Made by a program: the position numbers and the translations under genes. Below are positions 17,633 to 26,367 of a DNA stretch of 37,540 nucleotides, in pieces (position 1 is the stretch's first letter; every line of letters begins with the position of its first letter). The stretch covers positions 1 to 37,540 of the forward strand of contig JBDOIF010000070.1 of NCBI GenBank assembly GCA_041082215.1, written 5' to 3'. The notes beneath the pieces are model-generated. The model made no database searches, was not told where the DNA came from, and saw nothing but the letters and a program-made list of their open reading frames with translations. Origin of the DNA: Anaerolineae bacterium. Lineage in GTDB: Bacteria > Chloroflexota > Anaerolineae > B4-G1 > DUEL01.

Positions 17633-18643
17633 TCAAATCCGTATCGGCACCCGGGGGTCGGGCCGGCGGGTTACCCACTCGACGGCGGCGCCCCCCCGAG
17701 AGGTAAGGGTATCGGCCAGCCGCCATGAGTCTCTCTCCTGCCGGTAGATGTGGAGGACCATATCCCCCACTTTGGTGTTATGGCAGTAGAGGGAACTCCC
17801 GTCGGTGTCCGTGTATGCTACCCCCACAAGGTCCTCGATCCGGCTCATCACCCGCCCCCGGAACCGTATCCCGCGCCCCTGGGCGAAGATGTCCCAGCTT
17901 CCCAGTTGGGAACGGCTCTGGTTGGCAAGCCATCGGGAGAGGCCGTTGAAGAGATACCAGCGGCCCTGGTAGCAGAAGGCATAGATGGTAAGCGCAGGAC
18001 TGGGCAGCGGCCCCACCTTCACCTGAGCGGAGAGCCCCTCGAAGACGGCTGTCGGGTCCTCGGCGAAGGCAGCGCAGTTCCCCCAGGTCCAGCGCAACCC
18101 CTGGCCGGTGCCCCAGATATGGGCCTGGTGGCCCGGCGCGTTTTCCAGATGATAGGTTACCCCGTTGACGGTGTAGGCCCCCCGCATCCGGACCGAGAGG
18201 TTGGGGGCCAGGACTTTTGTTTTGGGGAAGCCGAGCCGGTAGAGGGCTGGGCGAGGGAAGTGGTAGAAGGTTTCGCGGGCAGGCTCCCAGCTCAGGTCCC
18301 ACGCGATCGAACCGCCCTCGCCCGCCAGCCCGCCCATCGCCCGGTGGTGGCGGAGCACCGCCTCCCCTACACGGAAGGAGAAGGGGTCCCGCCCGATCGT
18401 CATGCGGGCCGTCGGATAGCTCCGTTTCAGGGCCACGTTACGGGTGGGATCGGCGCGGTCGAAGAAGACGGCCCACAGCTCCGCCACCGGCGGGTCCTGC
18501 CGGTCGCGGGGAGCCAGCAGCGTGTAGCGGGCCCACAGGGCGGTGTCGGTGCGGGGGTCGTTGACCTTGAGGTAGTAGACCTCGTAAAAGCCCCGTCTGT
18601 GGCCATCCCAGCGGGTCAGGTTGTCCTGTTCACTCTGGACCAT
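17633..18643 (-). CDS. Tocopherol-cyclase/AttH-like hypothetical protein
   Basis: GFYEVYY, GHQAHIWG..W.W and Y.D.DG...YCHN motifs. Confidence 0.7.
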   Translation of the reverse strand: MVQSEQDNLTRWDGHRRGFYEVYYLKVNDPRTDTALWARYTLLAPRDRQDPPVAELWAVFFDRADPTRNVALKRSYPTARMTIGRDPFSFRVGEAVLRHHRAMGGLAGEGGSIAWDLSWEPARETFYHFPRPALYRLGFPKTKVLAPNLSVRMRGAYTVNGVTYHLENAPGHQAHIWGTGQGLRWTWGNCAAFAEDPTAVFEGLSAQVKVGPLPSPALTIYAFCYQGRWYLFNGLSRWLANQSRSQLGSWDIFAQGRGIRFRGRVMSRIEDLVGVAYTDTDGSSLYCHNTKVGDMVLHIYRQERDSWRLADTLTSRGGAAVEWVTRRPDPRVPIRI

Positions 18644-18687
18644 TCCGTTTCACCATTCGCCCTCAAATGCACATATGGTCAAGGAGA

Positions 18688-19347
18688 TCAGGCCGCTGTG
18701 TCGCTCTCCGGGACGGGGCGGGACCGGACGTGGCGGACGTGGCGGTAGATATAGTAAACCAGCCCGGCGAGGACGGCGATGGCGATGGGGATGTCGAAGG
18801 GGCGCATAATTTCCCGGATCCGTTCCCACTCGCTGCCGAAAGCGTGGCCGGCCATCGCCAGTGCGGCGCACCAGATGAAGGAGCCGACGAAGCTGTAGAC
18901 GGCGAAGCGGAGGAAATGGGTCCGCACCACCCCGGCCGGGAAGGAGATGAAGGTACGGACGATGGGCAGGAGGCGGGAGAGGAAGGCCGCCCAATCCCCC
19001 CAGCGGGCAAACCACCGGTCCGCCTGTTTCAGGTCGTGCTCGGTGATGAGGATGTACCGGCCCCACCGCTCCAGGAAGGGCCGACCGCCCCAGTAGCCCA
19101 GCAGGTAGGAGACGATGGATCCCAGGGTGCAGCCCAGTGCCCCGAAGAACCCACCCTCCAGGCCCGCGCGCCAGAAAGGCAGCCCTCTGGCCTGGACCAG
19201 CATCCAGCCGGCCAGGGGCATGGTCACTTCGCTGGGAATCGGGATGTTGGCGCTTTCCAGTGCCATGATCGCTACCACCCCCGGCCAGCCTATAGCGTTC
19301 AGAACGGAGTGAAGGAACTGGACAATTGCTGCCTCAATTGTTTCCAC
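18688..19347 (-). CDS. dedA: DedA family membrane protein
   Basis: LESANIPIPSE and SRLLPIVRTFISFPAG motifs. Confidence 0.93.
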   Translation of the reverse strand: METIEAAIVQFLHSVLNAIGWPGVVAIMALESANIPIPSEVTMPLAGWMLVQARGLPFWRAGLEGGFFGALGCTLGSIVSYLLGYWGGRPFLERWGRYILITEHDLKQADRWFARWGDWAAFLSRLLPIVRTFISFPAGVVRTHFLRFAVYSFVGSFIWCAALAMAGHAFGSEWERIREIMRPFDIPIAIAVLAGLVYYIYRHVRHVRSRPVPESDTAA

Positions 19348-19399
19348 AGTGTTCCCTTTCAGTTGGAATGGCGGGTTTGATTATACCACACTGCTCAGG

Positions 19400-20758
19400 T
19401 CAACGATCCCGGGCCTTGTCGTCGCCTTTCATCCGCCGCAGCCGTTCCAGGATGGTCCTCTCGTAGCCGTGGCCTTTGAGCTGGAACCAGCCCCCTTTCA
19501 CCCCTTCCGGCAGATATTGCTGCTCGACCCACCCTTCCGGGTAGTCGTGGGGGTAGCGGTAGCCTTCGTGCTCCCCCAACGTCTGTTTGTAGTGCTCGCG
19601 GAGAACGCCGTGGAACCGGTCCGTCTTATCCCGGAGCGGGAGGGGGACGGGGGCCGGGCCGTGCTCCTCGATGTGGGCCAGTGCCTTCCAGTAGGCCCCG
19701 ACGGCGTTGGACTTGGGGGCGGTGGCCAGATAGAGGGTAGCCAGCGCCAGGTGGTACTGCCCCTCCGGCAGCCCCACCCACTCGAAGGCGTGCGCGCAGG
19801 CGTCCACCACCACCACCGCCTGAGGGTCGGCCAGGCCGATGTCCTCCGCGGCCAGGATGTAGAGCCGCCGGAGGATGAAGCGGGGGTCCTCCCCCGCGGC
19901 GACCATCTTCGCCAGCCAGTAGAGAGCGGCGTCGGGGTCGGAGCCACGGACCGATTTGATGAAGGCGGAGATGGTATCGTAGTGCTCGTCGCCCATCCGG
20001 TCGTACCGGAGCGCCCGCTGCTGGATGGAATCCTCTGCCACCGCCAGCGTGATATGAACCACCCCCTGCGCGTCCGGGGGTGTGCTCTCGACCGCCAGCT
20101 CCAGCGCGTTGAGGGCGGCCCGGGCATCCCCTCCAGCAATACGGATCATGTGGTCCAGCGCCTCGGGTGTCAGTTCGATCTGTCGCCTTCCGTACCCCCG
20201 CTCCGGGTCGGTCAACGCCCGCTCAAGGACCACCTGCACCTCTTCATCGGTCAGCGGCTTGAACTGGAAGACGCGGGAACGGGAAAGAAGGGGGCCGACA
20301 ACCTCGAAGTAGGGATTCTCGGTGGTGGCGCCGATCAGGATGATGGTGCCGTCCTCCACGTGGGGTAGCAGCGCGTCCTGCTGGGCGCGGTTGAAGCGGT
20401 GGATCTCATCCACCAGCAGGATGGTCCGCCGGCCATACATCCCCCGCCGCTCCTTCGCCTCCTGCACCACACGGCGGATGTCGGCCACGCCCGCCATCAC
20501 CGCGCTGATCGTCTCAAAATGGGCGCGGGTGGAGTTGGCGATGATCATCGCCAGCGTCGTCTTGCCCGTGCCGGGCGGCCCCCAGAAGATCAGGGAGGAG
20601 AAAAGCCGGTCCGCCTCGATGGCGCGACGCAACAGCCGCCCCGGCCCCAGGATATGTTCCTGGCCGACAAACTCCTCCAGCGTGCGGGGGCGCATCCGGG
20701 CCGCCAGCGGCGCCTCCCGCCGAACCTGCTCCTGCCGACTGTGCTCAAAAAGGTCCAT
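19400..20758 (-). CDS. rarA: Replication-associated recombination protein A (AAA+ ATPase)
   Basis: PLAARMRP, GPPGTGKT, DEIHRF, GATTENP, SAFIKSVRGSD and EDIG motifs. ATG at 20758. Confidence 0.96.
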   Translation of the reverse strand: MDLFEHSRQEQVRREAPLAARMRPRTLEEFVGQEHILGPGRLLRRAIEADRLFSSLIFWGPPGTGKTTLAMIIANSTRAHFETISAVMAGVADIRRVVQEAKERRGMYGRRTILLVDEIHRFNRAQQDALLPHVEDGTIILIGATTENPYFEVVGPLLSRSRVFQFKPLTDEEVQVVLERALTDPERGYGRRQIELTPEALDHMIRIAGGDARAALNALELAVESTPPDAQGVVHITLAVAEDSIQQRALRYDRMGDEHYDTISAFIKSVRGSDPDAALYWLAKMVAAGEDPRFILRRLYILAAEDIGLADPQAVVVVDACAHAFEWVGLPEGQYHLALATLYLATAPKSNAVGAYWKALAHIEEHGPAPVPLPLRDKTDRFHGVLREHYKQTLGEHEGYRYPHDYPEGWVEQQYLPEGVKGGWFQLKGHGYERTILERLRRMKGDDKARDR

Positions 20759-20803
20759 CCCTCTAATTATACCCTCACGGTAAAAAACAGGCCAGCCGGT
20801 TTG

Positions 20804-20995
20804 GGCGTATTTCAATTTCGGGGCGGGTGGCCCTCCCGCTCGCCGGTGGATCGCGAATCCCACGAATGGCCCGAATACCGCGAATAGGAAGTATCCCTGC
20901 CCCATCCGCGGTATTCGTTTCCATTCGCGCCATTCGTGTTTCCCCAGGTCTGGCCCGGGTCACGGACATCTCGCCCCCAAACTGAAATACACCTG
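20804..20995. mobile_element. MITE-like non-autonomous element with terminal inverted repeats and inverted 9-mer arrays
   Basis: Left end GGCGTATTTCAATTTCGGGGCG; right end reverse complement GGTGTATTTCAGTTTGGGGGCG. Flanked by direct repeat GCCGGTTTG (20795-20803 and 20996-21004). Internal CGAAT and ATTCG 9-mers. Confidence 0.78.
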
Positions 20996-21001
20996 GCCGG
21001 T

Positions 21002-21030
21002 TTGCTTCCTTCCCTCTATCCTTGTATACT
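21002..21030 (+). promoter_or_regulatory. Putative sigma70 promoter for the first oxidoreductase pair
   Basis: TTGCTT, 17-nt spacer, TATACT. Confidence 0.65.
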
Positions 21031-21112
21031 GGAAACCGTCAGCTCCCTTCCCGGGCGGGCCCCCGATCCGGGAGTGGACCCAGTACCCTTGAGGCACGGA
21101 GGACTTGGAGTT

Positions 21113-22222
21113 ATGCAACGGAACGGTCTGGTCCTGATAGATGGCTCCCGCCTGATCGCCGAGGCGTGTGCACAGGCGGGGGCCGATGTGTACGTCGGTT
21201 ATCCCATCACACCGGCCAGCCTGATCTACGGCTACGCCAGCCGCCGCTTCCCGGCGGTGCTGCCCGCGCCGGACGAGATCACCGCGCTACAATGGATGGC
21301 CGGGCTTTCCGCCGCGGGGCATCTTCCGGTGACAGCGACCTCCTTCCCCGGCTTTGCGCTGATGGTGGAGTCGGTCAATATGGCCTATATGATGGAACTG
21401 CCGATGCTGATCGTACTGGTGCAGCGGTTAGGACCTGCCACCGGCACGGCGACGGCGGGAGCGCAGGGGGACCTGCTACTGTTGCACGGGGTGATCTCCG
21501 GGGGATACCCGCTGCCGGTGCTGTGCGTCGCCGAACTGGAGGACTGCTGGCGGCTGCCACCCGTGGCGCTGCGGCTGGCGGTGGAGGGCCGGACCCCGGT
21601 GGTGCTTCTCACTTCCAAGGAAATGGTGATGACGGAGCGGAGGCTGGACCTGGCCTGTCTGGAGCCGGTCGAGCCGATCCGACGCACGTTCTACGACGGC
21701 CCGGCTCCATACCGCCCCTACGCTGCCGACGAATCCCTTGTCCCTCCCTTTCTGCCGGTAGGGAACCCGGCGCACCAGGTCCGCCTGACCGCATCCACTC
21801 ACGACACCTATGGCATCCTCCAGCACTCCACCGACGAGGCGCTGGCCAACACCCGGCGGCTGGAGGCGAAGGTGGAGGCCCACACCCCCGTCCTGTACAA
21901 GCTGGATGAGCAGGAGGGGGCGGAGACGCTGGTGGTGGCCTATGGAATTACCGCAGAGGCAGCGCGAGAGGCAGTGGCGGAACTGCGCGCGAAGGGGAGG
22001 CCGGTTTCTCTTCTCGTGCCGCAGACTCTCCTGCCGGTCCCTCCGGTCTATTACGAAATCCTGGACCGGTATCCCGACGTGGTTATGGCGGAAGAGAATC
22101 TGCAGGGGCAACTGGCCCGCCTGCTCTTCGGCCACCGGTTGCCCGAGGGGGTCCGGCTGGTGACCGGCATCGGACGGATGATCCCGCCCGACCGCATCGT
22201 CCAGGAGGTGGAGGTCCGATGA
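21113..22222 (+). CDS. 2-oxoacid:ferredoxin oxidoreductase alpha subunit (divergent)
   Basis: GYPITP, TATSFPGFALMVE, QRLGPATG..Q.D and EEN..GQ motifs. ATG at 21113. Confidence 0.88.
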   Translation: MQRNGLVLIDGSRLIAEACAQAGADVYVGYPITPASLIYGYASRRFPAVLPAPDEITALQWMAGLSAAGHLPVTATSFPGFALMVESVNMAYMMELPMLIVLVQRLGPATGTATAGAQGDLLLLHGVISGGYPLPVLCVAELEDCWRLPPVALRLAVEGRTPVVLLTSKEMVMTERRLDLACLEPVEPIRRTFYDGPAPYRPYAADESLVPPFLPVGNPAHQVRLTASTHDTYGILQHSTDEALANTRRLEAKVEAHTPVLYKLDEQEGAETLVVAYGITAEAAREAVAELRAKGRPVSLLVPQTLLPVPPVYYEILDRYPDVVMAEENLQGQLARLLFGHRLPEGVRLVTGIGRMIPPDRIVQEVEVR

Positions 22223-23478
22223 GCGAGTTCCTGACCACGAGCGCTTTTCCCTACTGCAAGGGATGTGGCCACCACCTGGTTGACCGCAACCTTGTCCGCG
22301 CGCTGGAGAGGATGGGGATGGGGCCACTGGATGTGGTCCTGGTGACCGATATCGGCTGTCATGGCATTGCCGACCGGGTCTTTGCCACCCACACCGTCCA
22401 CGGCCTGCACGGCCGGTCGGTGGCGCTGGGGGCGGGGATCTCGATGGGGCTTCCGCGGGGCAAGAAGGTCGTCGTGCTGATCGGCGACGGGGGTGCGACG
22501 ATCGGCCTGCAGCATCTGCTGGAGGCGGCCCGGCTGAACGTGGAGCTGACGGTGGTGGTGCACAACAACATGCTGTACGGGATGACCGGCGGGCAGCCCA
22601 GCGGGCTGACGCCGCCGGGGTTTCGCACATCCATCACGCCGGAGGGAAGCCCTCTCCCCCACCACGATCTCTGCCGGCTGGTCCTCGATGCCGGCGCCCC
22701 CTACGCCTGCCGGGTGATCGGCCTGGGGGATTTCTCCGACGCCCTGCAGGAGGCGATGGAGGTGGAAGGCTTGGCCCTGGTGGAGGTGCTGGAGCTGTGC
22801 GTGGCCTACGCTGCCAGGTGGAACCCCGACCTGCGGCTGAAGGAGCTGGCCCAGGCGGCCGGGTACGAACCGGGCGTCTGGCGCGGGAGGGACCGCCCCC
22901 CCTTCCGCCTTCCGCCACATGAGGAGAAGCTTTCGCTCCTGGAAGTGGAGCCGGTGTCGGTGCGCTTCTCCTCGCCGCTGGAAGGAAGGATGGGCATCGT
23001 GATCGGCGGCTCGGCTGGCGAGGGGGTGCAGCGGGCAGCGGAGATCTTCGCCCAGGCGGCGATAGCCTCCGGGCTGCACGCCACCCGGAAGGGGAGTTAC
23101 CCGGTCACAGTTGGGATCGGCTTTTCTACGGCGGAGGTGGTCCTCTCCCGGGACCCCATCGCCTACCATGGCATCTCCCATCCGGACGCGGTGCTGATCA
23201 CGTCGGAGGACGGCCTGCGCCATGAGCAGGAGCGGATCCGACGGATGGCGGGGGGAACGGTGGTCTGGGTGGACCAGAGCCTGCCCGTTCCGGAGACGGC
23301 GGCGGAGGTGCGGCGACGGGACTTCAGGGGAAAGGCTGGCCCCCAGAACAGTGCCGTCGTCGCCCTGCTCGCCCTGGCCCACGAGACCGGGGTTGTCCCA
23401 CCGGAGGCGTTCGTCGAGGCGGTGCGCCGGAGCTCCATCGGGCGGCACGTGCCGGAAGAGGCGCTGACGTATGGATAA
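22219..23478 (+). CDS. 2-oxoacid:ferredoxin oxidoreductase beta-gamma fusion (TPP-binding)
   Basis: YCKGCGH, DIGC, HGR and GDG..NNMLYGMTGGQ motifs, then gamma-type GSAGEGVQ. Confidence 0.88.
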   Translation: MSEFLTTSAFPYCKGCGHHLVDRNLVRALERMGMGPLDVVLVTDIGCHGIADRVFATHTVHGLHGRSVALGAGISMGLPRGKKVVVLIGDGGATIGLQHLLEAARLNVELTVVVHNNMLYGMTGGQPSGLTPPGFRTSITPEGSPLPHHDLCRLVLDAGAPYACRVIGLGDFSDALQEAMEVEGLALVEVLELCVAYAARWNPDLRLKELAQAAGYEPGVWRGRDRPPFRLPPHEEKLSLLEVEPVSVRFSSPLEGRMGIVIGGSAGEGVQRAAEIFAQAAIASGLHATRKGSYPVTVGIGFSTAEVVLSRDPIAYHGISHPDAVLITSEDGLRHEQERIRRMAGGTVVWVDQSLPVPETAAEVRRRDFRGKAGPQNSAVVALLALAHETGVVPPEAFVEAVRRSSIGRHVPEEALTYG

Positions 23479-23519
23479 CCCGTCAGCCCCAACAGGCACA
23501 AAAATAATTTAAAAAGGCA

Positions 23520-23548
23520 TTGACTTTATTCGAGGGATGTGGTATAAT
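23520..23548 (+). promoter_or_regulatory. Strong sigma70 promoter with AT-rich UP element
   Basis: TTGACT, 17-nt spacer, TATAAT with TG extension; AAAAATAATTTAAAAA upstream. Confidence 0.85.
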
Positions 23549-23653
23549 TGAAGATGAGAATGAGACTTATGGCAATTTGTGGTCGGTGAGCGCCCTGGAA
23601 GGCCGATCTCCGTCAGGCCGGAGAGCGAGGACCGAAAACAGAGGGAGAGAGCC

Positions 23654-24820
23654 GTGTTCGAAACCACCATCTATCTGGATAACGCCGCTGCAACGCGGAT
23701 GGACGAGCGGGTACTCGAAGCTATGAAGCCCTACTTTTTCGATCTGTACGCCGTCGCCACCTCTCAGTTCGGGTACTCCCTGGGGATCGAAGCGCGGGAC
23801 GCGCTGGATACCGCCCGGCAACAGATCGCGGATGTACTGGGAGCGGGCCCGGAGGAATTCATCTTTACCTCTGGCAGCACCGAGTCCAGCAACCTGGCGA
23901 TCAAGGGTGTGGCGCTGGCGCTGGGGGAGAAGAAGGGCAAGCACATCGTCATCACGCCTATCGAGGACTTCCCGGTGCTGCACAGCGCCCGCGCCCTGGA
24001 GCGGCAGGGGTTCCGGGTGACCCACGTCCGGGTGGACGAGACAGGCCGCGTGGACCTGGACCACCTGCGGGAGTCCATCACCGACGAAACCATCCTGGTC
24101 TCTATCCAGGCGGCCAACCAGGAGATCGGGACCCTGCAGGACCTGAAGGCCATTGCCAGTATCTGCAAGGAGAGGGGAACCCTCTTTCACACCGACGCCA
24201 CCCACAGCTTCCCCCGCGTACCGCTGGATGTGCGGGAGGTTCCGGTGGACCTGATCACCGTCTCCGCCCACACCATCCACGGGCCGAAGGGGATCGGCGG
24301 GCTGTACGTGCGCAAGGGGACTCCCATCCGCAAGTGGATGGATGGGGGGTATCAGGAGTTCGACCTGCGGCCGGGCGTGGAGAACATCCCCGGCGCGGTG
24401 GGGTTCGCCAGGGCGGTGGAGCTGATCACACCGGAGGAGACGGCCCGGCTTCAGGCAATGCGGGACCGGCTGCTGGAGCGGCTGCTGAACGAGGTCCCGC
24501 AAACCCGGCTGAACGGCCATCCTGTCCACCGTCTGCCGCAGAACGCCAACGTCTCCTTCCGCTTCATCGAAGGGGAGTCGCTTCTCCTGCACCTGGACAT
24601 GCGCGGCTTCGCTGTCAGCACCGGCTCCGCCTGCTTCAGCCGCTCCCTGGAGGCCAGCCACGTCATCCTGGGCATCGGCGGCGACCATGAGCGGGCCCAC
24701 GGCTCCGTCCGCTTCACCTTCGGCCGCTACAATCAGGAAGGGGACGTGGACGCCGTGGTCGAGGCGGTCAAAGAGGTGGTGGCAGAGTTGAGGAGAATCA
24801 GCCCATTGGGGAAGGAGTAG
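23654..24820 (+). CDS. Cysteine desulfurase (IscS/NifS)-like protein lacking the canonical PLP lysine
   Basis: YLDNAAAT, FTSGSTES and STGSAC motifs, but SAHTIHGPKG replaces SxHK. GTG start at 23654. Confidence 0.88.
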   Translation: MFETTIYLDNAAATRMDERVLEAMKPYFFDLYAVATSQFGYSLGIEARDALDTARQQIADVLGAGPEEFIFTSGSTESSNLAIKGVALALGEKKGKHIVITPIEDFPVLHSARALERQGFRVTHVRVDETGRVDLDHLRESITDETILVSIQAANQEIGTLQDLKAIASICKERGTLFHTDATHSFPRVPLDVREVPVDLITVSAHTIHGPKGIGGLYVRKGTPIRKWMDGGYQEFDLRPGVENIPGAVGFARAVELITPEETARLQAMRDRLLERLLNEVPQTRLNGHPVHRLPQNANVSFRFIEGESLLLHLDMRGFAVSTGSACFSRSLEASHVILGIGGDHERAHGSVRFTFGRYNQEGDVDAVVEAVKEVVAELRRISPLGKE

Positions 24821-24869
24821 TACGCAGTACGCAATACGCAATACGTACTCCGTATTCCGTATTCCGTTT
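24821..24869. repeat. Head-to-head 7-nt arrays
   Basis: tacgcag tacgcaa tacgcaa tacgtac tccgtat tccgtat tccgttt. Confidence 0.88.
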
Positions 24870-24882
24870 AGGAGGTAAGGAT

Positions 24883-25518
24883 ATGCCACTGCCGTACAGT
24901 GCGATTGTGATGGAACACTTCCGCAATCCACGCAATGTGGGGCGGATCGAGGACGCCGACGCCAGGGGGGTCGAGGGAAGCCCCGCCTGTGGGGATATGG
25001 TCGCTGTTTACCTGAAAGTGGACCCCGAGACCCACGTGATTACCGACATCAAGTTTGAGTCCTATGGGTGCGCTTCCAACATCGCCACCGGCTCCATTAT
25101 CACCGAGCTGGCCAAGGGCAAGACCATCGAAGAGGCGAAGAAGCTGACCTGGAAGGACGCGTCGGAGGCGCTGGGGGGCCTTCCTCCCATCAAGGTCCAT
25201 TGCTCCGTGCTGGCCATTGACGGCCTGCGGGCGGCGATCGAGAACTACGAGGAGCGGCACGGCCTGGTCAAAGAGCGCGAGCCAACCACAGTGGAGCTGG
25301 TCCATAAGCGCCTCAAGCGGGTGGTCAACCCGGTGGTGGGGCTGGATATCGTCCGCAGCAATCTGGTCAAAGAGGTGGAGGTCCAGAACGGCACGGTTCG
25401 GGTGGTGCTGGACCTGCCAGCGGACCATCAGTTTGCCGCCGCTATCCGGGAGGACATCGTGGACAAGCTCGAAGCCCGGTGGGATGTGGAGAAGGTGGTG
25501 GTGGAGTTCACAGAGTGA
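24883..25518 (+). CDS. iscU: IscU/NifU-N Fe-S scaffold fused to a C-terminal DUF59-like domain
   Basis: HFRNPRNVG, CGD, GCAS and KVHCS motifs; C-terminal LKRVVNPVVGLDIV..LV. Confidence 0.9.
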   Translation: MPLPYSAIVMEHFRNPRNVGRIEDADARGVEGSPACGDMVAVYLKVDPETHVITDIKFESYGCASNIATGSIITELAKGKTIEEAKKLTWKDASEALGGLPPIKVHCSVLAIDGLRAAIENYEERHGLVKEREPTTVELVHKRLKRVVNPVVGLDIVRSNLVKEVEVQNGTVRVVLDLPADHQFAAAIREDIVDKLEARWDVEKVVVEFTE

Positions 25519-25528
25519 GGAGGGAGCG

Positions 25529-25792
25529 ATGCCAGAGATCGAGGTAGACGTCCGGGAGCCCGCCTGCCCGATGACGGAGATCAGGGTGGACTGCCGGGGT
25601 GAGACCTGCCCGGTACCCCTGGTGGAGACGCGGAAGGCGCTCAGGAAGGCGAAGCCGGGCGACGTGGTGGTGGTCATCGGAACCCATCCCGCCTCCAAAG
25701 AGGAGATCCCGATGGCGGTGAAGGCCCTGGGGCTGACGCTTTTAGGGATCGAGGAGGAGGGGGAGGTATGGACGATCCGCATCCAGCGGTAG
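25529..25792 (+). CDS. tusA: TusA family sulfurtransferase
   Basis: DCRGETCPVP motif. ATG at 25529 has an RBS; alternative ATG at 25571. Confidence 0.88.
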   Translation: MPEIEVDVREPACPMTEIRVDCRGETCPVPLVETRKALRKAKPGDVVVVIGTHPASKEEIPMAVKALGLTLLGIEEEGEVWTIRIQR

Positions 25793-25809
25793 GGTGCGGG
25801 TCGTTTTTT

Positions 25810-25837
25810 TGACGCCTGGCGTCTGACGCTTGATGCT
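25810..25837 (+). repeat. Four degenerate 7-nt units (TGACGCT-like)
   Basis: tgacgcc tggcgtc tgacgct tgatgct. Confidence 0.65.
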
Positions 25838-25857
25838 GCGCAGGCGGGAGGGTAACT

Positions 25858-26295
25858 ATGGCAGAGCAGGGAGCAGGAGCCGAACGGCTCACTATTGTCC
25901 TCCACAGCGGAGATATGGACAAAGTGTACAGTGCGCTGATCATCGCCAACGGCGCGCTGGCGATGGGGATGGAGGCCACCATCTTCTTCACCTTCTGGGG
26001 ACTCCAGCGGCTCAAGAAGGGGGCCCTGGAAAAAGGCCCCCTCTCCAAGATGCACTTCCTGGGCCTGGGCAAGTGGATGGTCAAACAGCGGATGAAGCAG
26101 GCTAAAGTCGCCTCACTGGAACGGCTGCTGACCGACTTCAAGGAGCTGGGCGGCAAGGTGATGGCCTGCGATATGACGATGGAGATCATGGGCATCCGGC
26201 CAGAGGACCTGCGGCAGGACCTGATTGACGAGTACTGCGCCGTCGGCTCCTTTGTCCAGGAAGCCCGCAACTCGAAGATGACGTTATTCATATAA
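25858..26295 (+). CDS. DsrE/DsrF/DrsH-like (DsrE2) sulfur carrier
   Basis: IFFTFWGL, ACDMTMEIMG and C-terminal TLFI motifs. Confidence 0.92.
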   Translation: MAEQGAGAERLTIVLHSGDMDKVYSALIIANGALAMGMEATIFFTFWGLQRLKKGALEKGPLSKMHFLGLGKWMVKQRMKQAKVASLERLLTDFKELGGKVMACDMTMEIMGIRPEDLRQDLIDEYCAVGSFVQEARNSKMTLFI

Positions 26296-26367
26296 CCGTG
26301 AAGACGCTGAGATAGGGCTGTACCCCCTGCGTTCTCTGTGCCTTTGCTTTAAGACGCAAGTCAGGCT

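Noticed and set aside
20849..20940. 9-mer and 7-mer arrays as CRISPR arrays
   Set aside because: Units are 7-9 nt and contiguous, with no unique spacers and no cas genes.
13907..20992. Composite transposon carrying rarA and dedA
   Set aside because: No transposase or recombinase inside, cargo is housekeeping-like, and the right repeat belongs to a self-contained small element.
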